Shown here piece after piece: positions 1 to 14,000 of a stretch of 64,000 bases of DNA; within the stretch, counting starts at the first letter, position 1; every line of letters begins with the position of its first letter. The position numbers were made by a program, and so were the translations under genes. The notes beneath the pieces were generated by a model. That model was given only the letters and a program-made list of their open reading frames with translations. It was not told the DNA's origin and ran no database searches. This DNA comes from the human T2T-CHM13v2.0 reference genome, Homo sapiens, in assembly GCF_009914755.1 (NCBI RefSeq), contig NC_060948.1; one strand, 5' to 3'.

Positions 1-2562
1 AAAGGTCTTTGAGTTTGGTACAAATATGCAACCCACAACCTCACCTATTTCCCTTGTTCTAGTGATAAAAGGCAAAATATCTCCTTTGGCTGATTCCCAG
101 TGTAATTTAGACCATCATGCCTGTGAACTGAAGTAAGGTATATGTCATAATCCTATTTGTGGGCCAAAACTAGGCAGGGGTGTAACATCACTGTGCTGTG
201 CCAAGCATCATGCCACAATGCCATCTCTAGGCAGCGTATAGGAATTAAGTCATATTAACTGGGTACTGGACACAGCAATATGACACAATCCCATATGTAG
301 AAAAAGAACAGGCAAAAAATCAGAGCCAAGACATCTACAGAATAAGCTCAGTATATGTCAAAATGCCTTCTGTAGCTGCAGGAAAGCATGACAGTCACAT
401 TTTTAGTGTGCTATTATTATATATTAGTATATGCCATAATTCTCCGTGTACGCAAAATCCAGGCAAAAGAGTAACATTATATGTGTGCTGAGCCCTGCAA
501 TAGGTCAACATTTCTGTTTGTTTGCATGGTTCAAGAGAAATAGCTGTCAATAAATCTGAGTGCTGGGCTCAGCAATATGTCACAATGCCGTCACTGCAAA
601 GACCAGACTGAAGAAGAGAGTCACTTCACTTAGGTCTTGGGCTCAGAGATAGATCCCACTGTCCCAGTAGGGCAGGGCATGGGCTGAAAAGGAGAGTCAT
701 ATACCTAGGTGCTTTCCTAGTTGTATGTCACAATCTAACATGTGAGCAGAAATCAGGCTGAAGAGCCACATCACCTGGGTAGACCCTCAGGTAATATGTC
801 ACCATGCCCAATGTAGACAGATTTGATGAAAAATAAAAGTAAAAAAAGAATCACAACACCTGGGTGCTGGGCTCAGCAATATGTAGAAATTCCCTGTCTT
901 GGCAGAGTCCAGGACAAATAGGAGAGTCATGTCACCTAGGTTTTGCACTCAGTTGTATGTCACAATTTATTTGGTGGACAGGTTCCAGGCAGGAGTATTA
1001 CCTAGATGCTGTATCTAGTGATATATCACAATGTCCCCTGTGGGCAATGCACTAGCAGGAGAGACATATCACCTGGCCAATAGGCTTGGGGGTGTGTGAA
1101 AATATCCCCTGTTTTCAAGGCCATTATCATTATTCTGACCCAGTGATATGTGACAATGCCCTTTTGGAAAGGAATTTAAACAAAAATGTCTCAACACTGG
1201 GGTATGACGCCAAGTGATATGACACAATCTCTTCACCTTTAACGGTGACACAATTAATGGTTAGCTAGTTGTTTATATGACAGTCACAATCTCATGTGTG
1301 TGCTGACCCTTGTATGACATTCTCTGCAATATCTGAGAACACTATACAACATGCCTGAGAGTTGAAAACCTCTCTGAGGCCCACATGCTTATATGAACTC
1401 ATGATCTTACATATTGCCCTAAACCAAGGTATGACTCTCAACATCTCTTCTCTAGGCTGGCTTCAGAGATGAGACTGTTTTTAAGCCTGTGACCTGGGAC
1501 CAGATATGTATGAGTCACCATCCCACCCGTGACAAGATTAGCTTTTGAAAATCACAACTCCAACTTGGTCCTGTATTCACTTGTTAGACTCAGGACCTTA
1601 ACAATGAGATTTGTAAATGTGAGAAGATAACAACTTTTACTTGCATTTGAATGTGTAGTGGAGATTCACAATCTCAATTTTTTGTTGGGATCCGTCATAA
1701 ATATCTCTGTACCACCCAGGAAGGTTTTATGATATGAATCAGTGTTGTAAGTTTCTCTGAGCTCTGTATAAATATGCAATGAAGGGACTAACTTATTGAT
1801 GTAAACCTAGCAATGCAAGGCAAAATATCTCCTGTTGGCTGAATCCCGATATAAGCTTGATCATCATGTTTTTGAACTGAATCAAGGTATCTGTCATAAC
1901 CCCATTTGTGGGCAAAATCTAGGCAGAAGGTTAACATCACTTAGGTGCTGTTCCAAGCAATATGTCACAATACTCTACCTAGGCAGGGCCTAGGAAAGAG
2001 GGTCACATTAACTGGGGGCTGGAACCAGCAATATGCTACAACAACACGTGGAAGAATACCAGCAAAGTTATGAGAGCCAAAACACGTACAGAAAGGGAAC
2101 AAGATATATCAAAATACCTTCTGTGGCTCTGGCACAAGCAGGAGAGTCATATCATTACGGGACTGGGCCAAGCAATATGCCCTAATTCCCTCTTTACGCA
2201 TGACCTAGGCAGAAGAGTAACATCATCCAGGTGTTGGGCCCTGAAATACAGCAAAAGTCTTGTTTGTGGGGGTTGTTCAGCAACCAGACAAGACTTACGT
2301 TACCTAAGTGCTGGGCTCATTAACATTTCACAGTCTTCTTATTGTCAAAGCGCAGACAGAATAAGAGAGTCACATCATATAGGTTATGTGCTCAGAGATA
2401 TGGCCGAATGTCACCAGTAGGCAGGGATCAGGCAGAAAAAGAGAATCATATCACCTAGGTGCTTCTTTAGGTATATGTCACACTTTAATATGTGGGAAAA
2501 AACAAGGCTGAATACCATATCACATGGTCCTGGGTCCTGAGATATTCACAAGCCCCCCTTAG

Positions 2563-3011
<449 letters not shown>

Positions 3012-5379
3012 ATAAAACTTTTCTTAAAGCCTGTCCCTGGCTGAACAGTACCATCACCTTTCTGTCTGGCCTAGCAATGTGTCACTATGCAGGTGGGCAG
3101 ATCCCAAGCAGAAGAGTCATATTACCTGCATGATAGGCCCTTTGATATGTCAAAATGCCTTCTTTTGGGCATGGCCCTGGCAAAAAAAAAAAGTATCATC
3201 ACCTGTGTGCCTGGCCTATGAATATGTGACTATCCTATCCTATGTGCAGTGCCCATTCCAGAGAGGAGAGTTACATCTTTTAAGTGACGGACACAGTAAT
3301 ATGTCACAATGATGTCTGTGTCATGGTGCAGTCAAGAATATAACATTACCTGGTTACTGCATCCAGTGATGTCAAAATTCTTACTGAGAGCAGGGCCCAG
3401 GGAGAAGAGTCAAACCACTTCAAGGTTGGCCCTGGGAGATCTCAAAATTTTATATGTAGGCTTCAACCAGTCTTAAGAATGAAATCACAATGGTGCATGA
3501 CAAAGATTTGTATCAGAGTCATGATGGAATAAAATTCTAGAAATTAGATTTACAATACCACACATGCCCTATTTTCATGTAGAAGAGTTGCCTTCATCCG
3601 TCTATGATGGTGAAAGTTCTTGCTGTCAGCTGGGTTTGCATATGAGACTGACAATTTTCTCGGTGTGCTAGGCCCTGTTATGGCATTCTTTATACAACAC
3701 AAGGGTGTAACAAAACATGTGTGAGTGTTATAGTCTTCTGTGACATTTTTACCGGGAAGAGATCATTGACATCACTTATGTTCCTAAACCTAGTTATAAA
3801 AGTCAAAATTTCTCCTATTGGCTGGGTTCACATATGACAGTCACTATCATGGCCGTTAGTTGCGCCTAGGTATATGCTACCATGCTCTCTGTGGTTATTA
3901 AATGGGCAGAAAAACCACATCACCTAAACCATGAGCCAAAAATGTTCCAATATTTTATTTGCAGGAAGGGCCATAACAGAAAAGCCACAAAATTTGGTCA
4001 TAGGCCCAGGTCGTTGGCATAATGTCCTTGCTGGAGAGTGTCCACACAGGAGAGGAGAGTCATATAACCTAAATGATGGGCCCAGAGAAATGTAACAATG
4101 CCTCCTATTGAAAGGGCCCAGGCAAGAGGGTCATGTCATTTAAATGCAGTGCTTAGAAATGCTACACTCTTCACTGGAAGCAGGGTTCATGCAGGAGAGA
4201 AAAGTCAAATACCCTAGATGATGGGTCCAGAGATTTGTTACGATCCCTTCTGAGGACACTGCTAAGACAGGGAAGTCAAATCACCAAGGTTTTTGGCCAA
4301 TGTATATATCAAACTGTTATCTCTGGGCTATAAATAGGCAGGATTATTAAATCACTCAGGAGCTTGGCAAAGGTGTATGTCACAACAACACCTGTGGAAA
4401 GGTTCAGGGATGAGAGTCACCATCCTGCAAATGTTCTGGCTCTAGGTACAGGAGTTGTTGTTATAATTTTTTTATCTTCTCTCAAGTATATGGCACAATA
4501 TCACCTGTGGGCAGGGAGAAGAAAGGAAAGTCACATCATCAGAGTCGGTGCTGGTCCAGTGAAATGTCACAATCCTTCTTGTGGGGAGGACTCTGGAAGA
4601 AGATTCACATCGCCTGGATGCTGATTTCAGTGATATATCTAAATTCCTTCTGTGGACAAGGCAGGCGTAGGAAGGAGAGGAGAAAAACTGCTCCTAGGCA
4701 ATTCGCCTGGATATATGTCACAACTGTCCCTATGGGCAGGAAAATGCAGGAGAATGACCTCACCTTTGTGCTGAGTTCAGCAATATGTTACAATCTCTCT
4801 GGTGGTCAGGGCTCAGGCAAGAGAGAAAAAACATCACCTAGGTGCTGAGCTAAGTGATATGTTACAAATCTTTCTATTGGCAGAACTCCACCCAAAAATG
4901 AGTCACATCACCTGGGTGCAGTATCCTGTTATGTGTCACTAGGCACCATAAGTGCAGGACCAAGGCAGTAGAAAGAAATGACATCACTTACATGACAGAG
5001 CTAGATAAAAGCCATAATGCTCTTTGTAGCCGTGTTTCAGGCCAAGATTTTACATCGGCTGGGCGCTGGTCCCAGAGATATGTAAAAGTGCCCTCTGTCG
5101 CATTCCCAAAAAGGTGTTATACGTTGCTTAGGTGCTTGGCGAATGTATGTCACAATTTCAACTGTCCTCTGGGCCTAGATAAGAGATGCAAAACACTCAT
5201 AGGCTGGGCAAAGCCATATTTCTCAATCACACTCTCAAAAATGGTCAGAAGTAAGTTTCACAGTCCCATACTAGTCCTGCCCTCAGGTATGAGAGTTAAC
5301 ATCTCCTATCAGTTTGGTCGAAGTACAGGAGTCACAGTCTCAACAATGGGCAAGATCCATGTATAAGAGCCCCAACTCT

Positions 5380-5680
5380 GGCCAGGCACTGTGGTTCATG
5401 CCTGTAATCCCAGCACTTTGGGAGGCCGAGGTGGGTGGATCACCTGAGGTCAGGAGTGGCCAACATGGTGAAACCCCGCCTCTACTAAACACAGAAAAAA
5501 TTAGCCGGGCATGGTGGCAGGTGCCTGTAGTCCCAGGTACTCAGGAGGCTGAGGCAGAAGTATCACTTGAACCCAGGAAGTGGAGGATGCAGTGAGCTGA
5601 GATGGCACCACTGCACACCAGTCTGGGCAATAAGAGAAAAACTCTGTCTCAAAACAACAACAACAACAACAATAACAAAA
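5380..5680 (+). mobile_element. AluS (Sq/Sp-like) inserted in satellite, (AAC)n tail
   Basis: Starts GGCCAGGCAC..GCCTGTAATCCCAGCACTTTGGGAGG and ends GGGCAATAAGAGAAAAACTCTGTCTC. Small internal deletion across the B-box. Empty sites at ~15372 and ~30601. Confidence 0.9.
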
Positions 5681-8600
5681 AACCCACTCCCACTTGAAGA
5701 TTTCGTTCCAGTAGGAGAGTCAAAGCACCACAGGTCTGCTGAGTCATGCTTCAAATGTCACCAAACCACCTGTGGATCAGATTCATGTATGAGAGTAAGA
5801 AAAATTTCTACTGCTTATGTGTGTGAGATTTAATATCTGATTTGTAGGCTTTGTTCATGTGTGAGAATGACAACTGTGTCAGCTGGGTGGGTGTCCAAGA
5901 CTCCCAATAGCACCTGGTCACTGGTGCCTGTTATGACATCCTTTGTACCACTCAGACTTTATGTGATATGACAGAGTAGCGTACTTTTCTATGAATTCTT
6001 ACATATGTGAGATTGAGGAATTTAACCATGGTAGTCAGACTGTCTAAGGGAATCAAAATAAATCCCCTGGCTGGGTCCAGGCATGAGAGTTATTATTGTG
6101 CATATGAGCTGAATCCAGGTCTATGTCACAGTTTCACCTTTGGACAGAGGCAAGAGAAGAGTCACATCACCTGGGTCCTGAATCAGGGAAACAGTATAAT
6201 CTCCTTGTAGGCAGGACCCAGTCATAAGAGTCATATCAGGTGGGTACAGTCTCAAATAATATGTCAATATGCCCACCGTATACAGGATTGAATAAATAGT
6301 GGACAGTCACATCCCCTAGGTGCTGGGCTCAATAGCATGTTACATTTCCCTCTTTTGGCAGAGTCCATAACAAAGAGGAGAGTCATATCACCTAGGTTTT
6401 GCACTCAGTGTTCTGCAACAGCTTCTTCAATGGGAAGGATCCAGTCAGGAGGGTAGAGTCATATTACATAGATGCTATATCTAGCAATATGTCAAAATGT
6501 TCCCTGTGGACAAGACATTGGCAGGAGAGACATATTCCTTAGCTGAAAGACACAGAGATGTTTGATAACATCCACTGTTTGCAGGGCTCAGGAGAAGAAT
6601 TACATTATGATGATTCTGTCCCAGTGATATGTAACAAGGCATTCAGGAAAAGGAATTTGACGCAAAAAGTATCAAAACCTGGGCACTAGGCCTAGTGATA
6701 CGACACAATATCTTCATCTTTGAGGGTAACACCTGTAAATTTTGGCTGACCATGTATATTAGTGTCACAATCTCATGTGTATGCTGGGCCAATATATTAC
6801 ACTCTGTAAAATACCCGTGGGGTTTATGAAACCTGCGTGAGAATTGCAAACCTCTCTGAGGCCTACATGCTCATAGGGACTCACAGTCATACATATTATC
6901 CTAAACCTAGGTTTGGTAGTCAACATCTCTCCCGCAGACAGGGTTAAGGGGGAAGACCTATGATTAAGCCTGTGAGCTGGGTCCAGAAATGAATCACCAT
7001 TTTCCCTGTGGCCAGATCCACATATAAAAGTCACAGTTCACACTTTGCGCTGTATTCCCTTGTTAGACTCAAGATCTCAACAGTGGGCACTGTAAATGTG
7101 GAATGGTGACAACTTTTATTTTCAACTGGTTGTGTAAGCGAGAGTCATAATCTGAACTTTTTGCTGGGCCCTGTTATGCAACTCTCTACCAACAAAGAGT
7201 TTATACAATGCAAGTTATTGTTGAAAGATTCTATGAGCTTGGTACAAATATGCAACCCAGGATTTAACCTATTGCACTAAGCCTAATGATGAAAGGCAAA
7301 ATATCTTTTATTGGGTGAATCCCAATATAAAGTTCGTCATAATGCCTGTGAAGTGGACCTAAGTATATGTCATACATGAGAGCCAAAGCACCTACCTAAT
7401 GGGCACAAGAGACATCAAAATATTTGACTCCAGCACAGGCAGGGAGTCAAATTTTAAAAATACTGGGTTCAACAATGTGCAATATGCCATAATTTTCTTT
7501 TTATGCAGAACCCAGGCAGAAGAGTAATATCACCTGGGTGCTGGACCCTGCAATAGGTCAAAATTCCTTTCTGTGGGCATCATTCGGGAAAAAGAGGAGA
7601 GTCACATATCCTGAGTGCTCTGCCCAACAATGAGTCAATATCCTTATTTTGAAGGCCCAGGCAGAAAAAAAGAGTCACATCACTTCAGTCTTGGTCTCAG
7701 ACATGTGTCCCAATAGCCCCTCTAGGCATGGCACAGGCAGATTAGGAGAGTCATATCACCTAGGTGCTTCCCTAGGAATACGTCACAGCATAACATAAGG
7801 ACGCACACCGGGCAGAAGAACCACATAATTTGGGTGCTGTGTCCTGAGATATGTCATGAGGCTCTCTTAGGACGTCAGCTAGGCAAGAGGCTTACGTCAC
7901 CTCAGAGTAGGTTCTCTGCTTATGCCACAATGCTTCATAGGGGTAGGGCCCAAGGAGCAAGTCGCTTCACCTAGGTAATAGGCCTAGAGATATGTGACAA
8001 TGTCCTCTATGAAGTATGGCCCAGGCAAAAGAGTAACATCACCTGTGTGCTTGGCCTAGAAATATATCAGTCTCCAGATTGGCAGGGCCCAAGTGGGAGA
8101 GCAGCATAACCTAGATGATAGGCTCAGAGATATGTCACAATGCCCTTTTTGGGCATGGCGCTGGCAAAAGGCACCTATGCCTTTGTGCCTGGCCTTGCAA
8201 TATGTCGCTATTCTTTCTCTGTGCAGAGAACATTCCAGAGAAGAGACTTACATCATCTGTCAGGTGGACACAGGCATATGTCACAATAATTGTGGTGGCC
8301 ATGGTGCAGGCAACAATGTAACATCACCCGGAGGCAAGATCCAGTGATATACTACAATCCTTACTTAGAGAATGGCCCAGGCAGAAGAGTCACATCACCT
8401 TGAGATTGGGGCCTAGGTAGATATCAGAATCCCATATACATGCTGGAACAAGCCTGGAGAGGCAAACTACACAGGTGCATGGCAAAGATTGATATCACAA
8501 TCACACTGTCCAACTATTCCAAATATGAGATTTACAATACCCCACACATCCTTTTTCGAGTGTGACAGTTGGCTTCATCCACGTGAGATGATAACAGTCC

Positions 8601-10552
8601 TACTGTCAGCTGGATGTGCACACAAGACTCACAATTTTACCTGCATTCCGAGACCTGCTTTGACTCCTTCTGTATAACCCAAGGACTTTGTAAAGTATGT
8701 GTGAATGTTGTAATCTTTTGTGACCTTTGTGCAAGAAGGTGATTCAGGACACCATGTATTTCCCTAAACCTAGTCATAAGAGTCAAAATATCCTCTATTG
8801 GCTGAATCCACATATAAGAGTCATTGTCATTCCTGATAGGCATGCCTAGGTATATCTTAAAATTCCCTCTGTGGTTATGAAGCAGGCAGAAGAGCAATGT
8901 CACCTAAAGGCTGGGCAAAAAACATTCCAATATTCTCTTTGTAGGCAAGGTCTTTTCAGAAATGTCTCAAAACTTGTGTGCTAGATTTATCTCTGTGGCA
9001 CAATGTATTTGTGGGCAGTGACCAGGCAGTAGAGGAGAGAGATACTACCTAAAACCTGTGCCCAGAAATATGTCACAATGCCTCCTGTTGACAGGATCCG
9101 GAAAAGACCGTCATCTCATTTAGATGCAGTGTTTACAAATGCTACAATTACTAAAGGAAGCTGGGTACAGGCCAAACAAGAGAGTCATGTAACCTAGATG
9201 ATGAGTCCAGAAATATGTGACATTCCCTCTGAGGAGACTGTTAAGATAGCACAGTCAAATCACCAAGGTGGCTGGCACAGATATTTGTCAAAATCTCATT
9301 TTGGGGCTATACCTAGGCAAAATTATTAAATCACTCAGGAGCTGGGCAAAAGTATATGTCACAGTTAAACTTGTGGAAAGGTTTAGGAATAAGACTTATC
9401 ATACTGCACATATTCTGGCTCCAGATAGATGAGTTGATATTAGGCTTTTGTTATGACCTCAGTTATAGAGCACAATATCACCTGTGGCCAGAGAGAAGGA
9501 AAGAAAGTTACATCACTTATGTGGGTGGGGGTCCAGTGAGATGTCACAGTCCCCCTTGCAGGCAGGATCCTGGCAGAAGTGTTACATCACCTGGATGCTC
9601 ACATCAGTGACATTAGAAAACTCCCTATGTGGGCAGGACTTTGGCAGAAGAGGATGCTCATTTCACCTGGGCAATTGTCCTGGATGTTTATCACAATGGC
9701 CCTCACGTGCAGTACCCAAGCTGGAGAGTGACCTCACATTGGTGCTGGGCCCAGCGATATGTCACAATCTCCCTTTGGTCAGGGCCCAGGCAAAAGCAAA
9801 GAAACATTACCTAGCTGGTAAAACAAGTAATATGTCACATAAATCCTGTTGACAGAACCGTAATAGAAGAATCACTTCACCTGCGTGCAGTACCCGTTAT
9901 GTGTCACAATGCACTGTAAATGCAGGGACAAAGGAGTAGAAGGGAGTCACATCAATTACATAATGGACCTACATATAAGACACAATTCTCTTGGTAGGCA
10001 GTTTTCAGGCAGATAATTCGCATCATCTGGGTAATGGTCCCAGTGATATGTAATAGTGCCCTTCATAGAAAGAGCCAAGGGATGTGTTACATATTGCTCA
10101 GATGCTTGTTCGACATATGGCACAATTTCTTCTGTGATCTGGGTGTATAAAAGAGATCCAAATTATTCATGTGCTGTGCAAAGTTACCTGTCCCAATCAC
10201 ACTCTCAAAAAGGTTTGAAAATAAGTTTCACGTCTCACCAAAGTCCTGGTTTCCTGTATGTGAGTAAACACTATCTATGTGCCGGGTCAAAGCAGAGGAG
10301 TCACAATCTCAACAATCAGCCAGATTCATATATGACAGCCCATTCTCACTTGCAGATTGTGTTTCAGTTGGTGAGTCACATCACCGCAGTGTGCTGAATC
10401 ATGGTTCATATGTTACCAAACCACCTGTGAATCAGATTCCTTTATGAGAGTAATTATTTCAGCTTTTGAGTGCTTCTTTATGTGTGAGATTCAAGGGCTA
10501 CATTAGTAGGCCCTGTGCATGTGTGAGAATGACAATTGTGCATGTGTGAGAA

Positions 10553-11073
10553 TGACACAGATATTTTGCTTTGCCAGTCCAGCTGAGGCTCCCAGGCCAC
10601 TCAGACTCTGAGGAGAGTCCTGTGAAGAATGACAAACTTGGCACTAAGCAGCTTGCAATCCAGGCATTTCTTCAATATAGAATTAACAACAGAAGCTTTG
10701 AGTAAACACAATTGTGGATAATTAACATGGTTAAGAAAGTAGTTCTACAAATGATTAAGGTCAGGTACCATGGTCTAAAATAAATACTATTAGGGGGCAA
10801 CTTTCCTGGTCGAGCTCCCCACTGAGAGAGCTATCTGGTTCAAAGACTGGTTAATGGAGGTAAAATAAACAGACTTAACTGGGGAAGCCTATATTGTCCC
10901 TCATTTTACCCTATGACCTAATATTCTCAAGTAAGAACTGGCCACCTTAAGCCTGTCCAATTATTACAAGCTATGTAACTTTTCAGCCTTCCAAAGCTTT
11001 GTGACTCTTCCTTATTACGTTCCCCAGTATTTCCTTTTAATATTTCTGCCACAAACCTGAGTGAATCACAACA
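10553..11073 (-). mobile_element. LTR22(B)-type LTR of HERV-K(HML-5), U5 end missing
   Basis: Clearly homologous to the LTRs at 37928-38541 and ~50313-50863 (ACACAGATAT..., GAAGCTTTGAGTAAACAC, TATTTCTGCC...GAGTGAATCACAACA terminus). Confidence 0.88.
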
Positions 11074-14000
11074 TACTGGCTCTGTCCAGGTATGAGAGTT
11101 ATTATTGTGCAGGATTGCTTAACCCAGGCATTTGTCACAATTCCACCTATGAGCAGGAAGAAGCCAGAAGAGTCACATCACCTGGATGCTTAGCCAATTA
11201 CACAGTATAATCACATTTGTAGGCTGGGCATAGTCTGAAGTCACATCAGCTGGATACAGACTGAAATAGTATGTCATTAATCCGGAGATTGACAGAAAAA
11301 GAGAAGAGTCACTCAACCTAGGTGCTGCACTCTGCAATATGTAATAATCCCCTCTCTTAACAAGGAATATGAAGGAGAGTCATATTCCCTAGGTTTTGTA
11401 ATCAGCAGTATGTTACAATTTACTTGGTGAGCAGAACCCAGACAGGAGAGGTAGGTAGTATGACCTAGATGTTAAGCCAAATGATATTTTACAATGTCCT
11501 CTGGGGGCAGGGCACAGGCAGAAGAGACAAATCACCAAGATTATAGGTCCAGAGATATGTGATACTATCCTCTTTTGGCAGGGTCCAAGCAAAAGAGTCA
11601 CATTTTTATGAATTCTAACCCAGCGATATGTCACAATGAACCCATGGGAAGAAATTTAAGCCAAAATGTCTCAACACCTTGGTACTCTGCCTAGCAATAT
11701 GCCAAATCTCTTTGTCTTTGAGGGTGACACCATTAACTGTGAGCTGGTTGTGTATCTGATAGTCACAATCTCACATGTTTCCTGGGCCACTGTATGACCC
11801 TCTACAACATTTGAAGGCCTTAAACAGCATGCATGAGCATTGCAAACCACTCTGAGGCCTACATGCTTCTATGGACTCACAATATTAGATATTTTCCTAA
11901 ACCAAGGTATGACAGTCCACATCTGTCTTATATGCTGGCTTCAGGAATGAGACCATTATTATGCCTGTGAGCTGGCTCCAGAAATGAGTCACCATCCCAC
12001 CTGTGGCCAGATTCACTTACGAAAATTACAATTCCAATTTTGTACTGTATTCACTTGTTAGACTGAGGACCTCAACAATGAGTTTTGTAAATATAGCATG
12101 GTCACAACTTTTACTTTCACCTCAATGTGTAGTTGAGAGTCACAATCTTAATATTTTGATGAGCCCTGTTATGAAACTCCCTGTACCACACAAGAAGTAT
12201 TTATGATACGAGTTAATACTGTAAACTTCTGTGAGCTTTGTACAAATATCCAATGAAAGAACTTACCTATTGACCTAAACCTAGTGATGAGAGGAAAAAT
12301 ATGTCCTATTGGCTGAATATAAGCTTGATCATCATGCCTTTGAACTGAAGCAAGGTATATGTCATAATCCAATTTTTGTGGGGGCAAAACCTAGGCAGAA
12401 GTTTAACATCACCTAGGTTCTGTGTGAAGTAATATATCATGACGCCCTCATTAGGCAGGGGCTAGTAAAGAGGGTCACATTAACTGGGGGATGGAGCTTT
12501 GTAATATGATAAAACCACACATGGAAGAAAGCAAGCAAAGTGATGAGAGCCAGAATACCTACAGATTTGGCCAAAGATATGTCAACATACTTTCTGTGGC
12601 TCTGGCACAGGGAGGAGAGTCACATCATTACGGTGCTGGGCCAAACAGTATGCCATAATTCCCTCTTTATGCACGACCTAGGCAGAAGAGTAACATCATC
12701 TGGGTGCTGAGCCCTAAAATATGGCAAAAGGCCTGTTCATGGGCGTTGTTCGGCAACCAGTCGAGAGTCACATTACCTAAGTGGTGGGCTCAATATGTCA
12801 CAATATGTCAATTGTTTAGGTATATTTCACATACCTAGACAATTTAATAGGTGGGCAGAATCCAGGCTGAAGTGCCACATCACACGGTCCTGGGTCCTGA
12901 GACATTTGCAAGCCCTCCTTAGAAAAGGTCCCAGTCAAGAGAGTTACATCACCTGGGTGCAGGTCCCACATATATGTCACAATGTTCCATGTGGGCAGGG
13001 CCAAGCAGGAAGTCACATCACCTAGGTGATAGGCATAGAAATATGTCACAAAGCTTTCCTTAAAGCATGTCCCTGGCAAAAGAGTACCATCACCTTTGTG
13101 TGTGGCCTAGCAATATGTCACTATTCAAGTGTGCAGGTCCCAAGCAGAAGAGACATATTATCTCTATGATAGGCCCTGCAATATTTCAAAATGCCCTCTT
13201 TGGGGCGTGGCCCTGTCAAAATAGTATCATCACCTCTGTGCCACTCCTAGGAGTACGTCACTATCCTGCCCTGTGTGCAGGGCCCATTCTAGAGAGGAGA
13301 GTTACTTCTTTTAAGTGATGGACACAGTAATATGTCACAATAACGTGTGTGTCATGGTACAGGCAAGAATGTAACATCACCTGGATGCTGGATCCAGTGA
13401 TGTTACAATTCTTACTGAGAGCAGGGCCCAGGCAGAAGTGTAACATCATGTCAAGGTTGGCCCAGGTAAATATCAAAATGCCATATGTAGGCTTGAACCA
13501 GTCTGAAGAGTGAAATCACACCGGTAACTGGCAAAGATTTATATCACAGTCTTGAAGAAATAAAATTCTGGGGATTAGATTTAGAATACCACACATGTCC
13601 TGTTTTCATGTAGGACAGATGCCTTCATCCACCTGTGATGGTGAAATTCCTTGCTGTCAGCTGGGTGTGCATACAATACTCACAATTTATTCTGTGTGCT
13701 AGGTGCTTTGTGACACCCTCTATTCAACACAAGGGTGTTAAAAAATATGTGTGAGTGTTGCAATCTTCTGTGACCTTTTTACCAGAAGGAGATTCTACAT
13801 CACTCATGTCCCTAAACCTAGTTATAAGAGGCAACATTTCTTCTATTGGCTGGGTCCACATAAGAGAGTCATTATCATGCCTATTAGCTGTGCCTAGTTA
13901 TATGTCACCATCCCGTCTTTGGTTATAAAAGAGATAGAACAAACACATCACCTACATTCTAAGCCAGAAGTATTACAACGTTCTCTTTGTCAGCAGGGCA

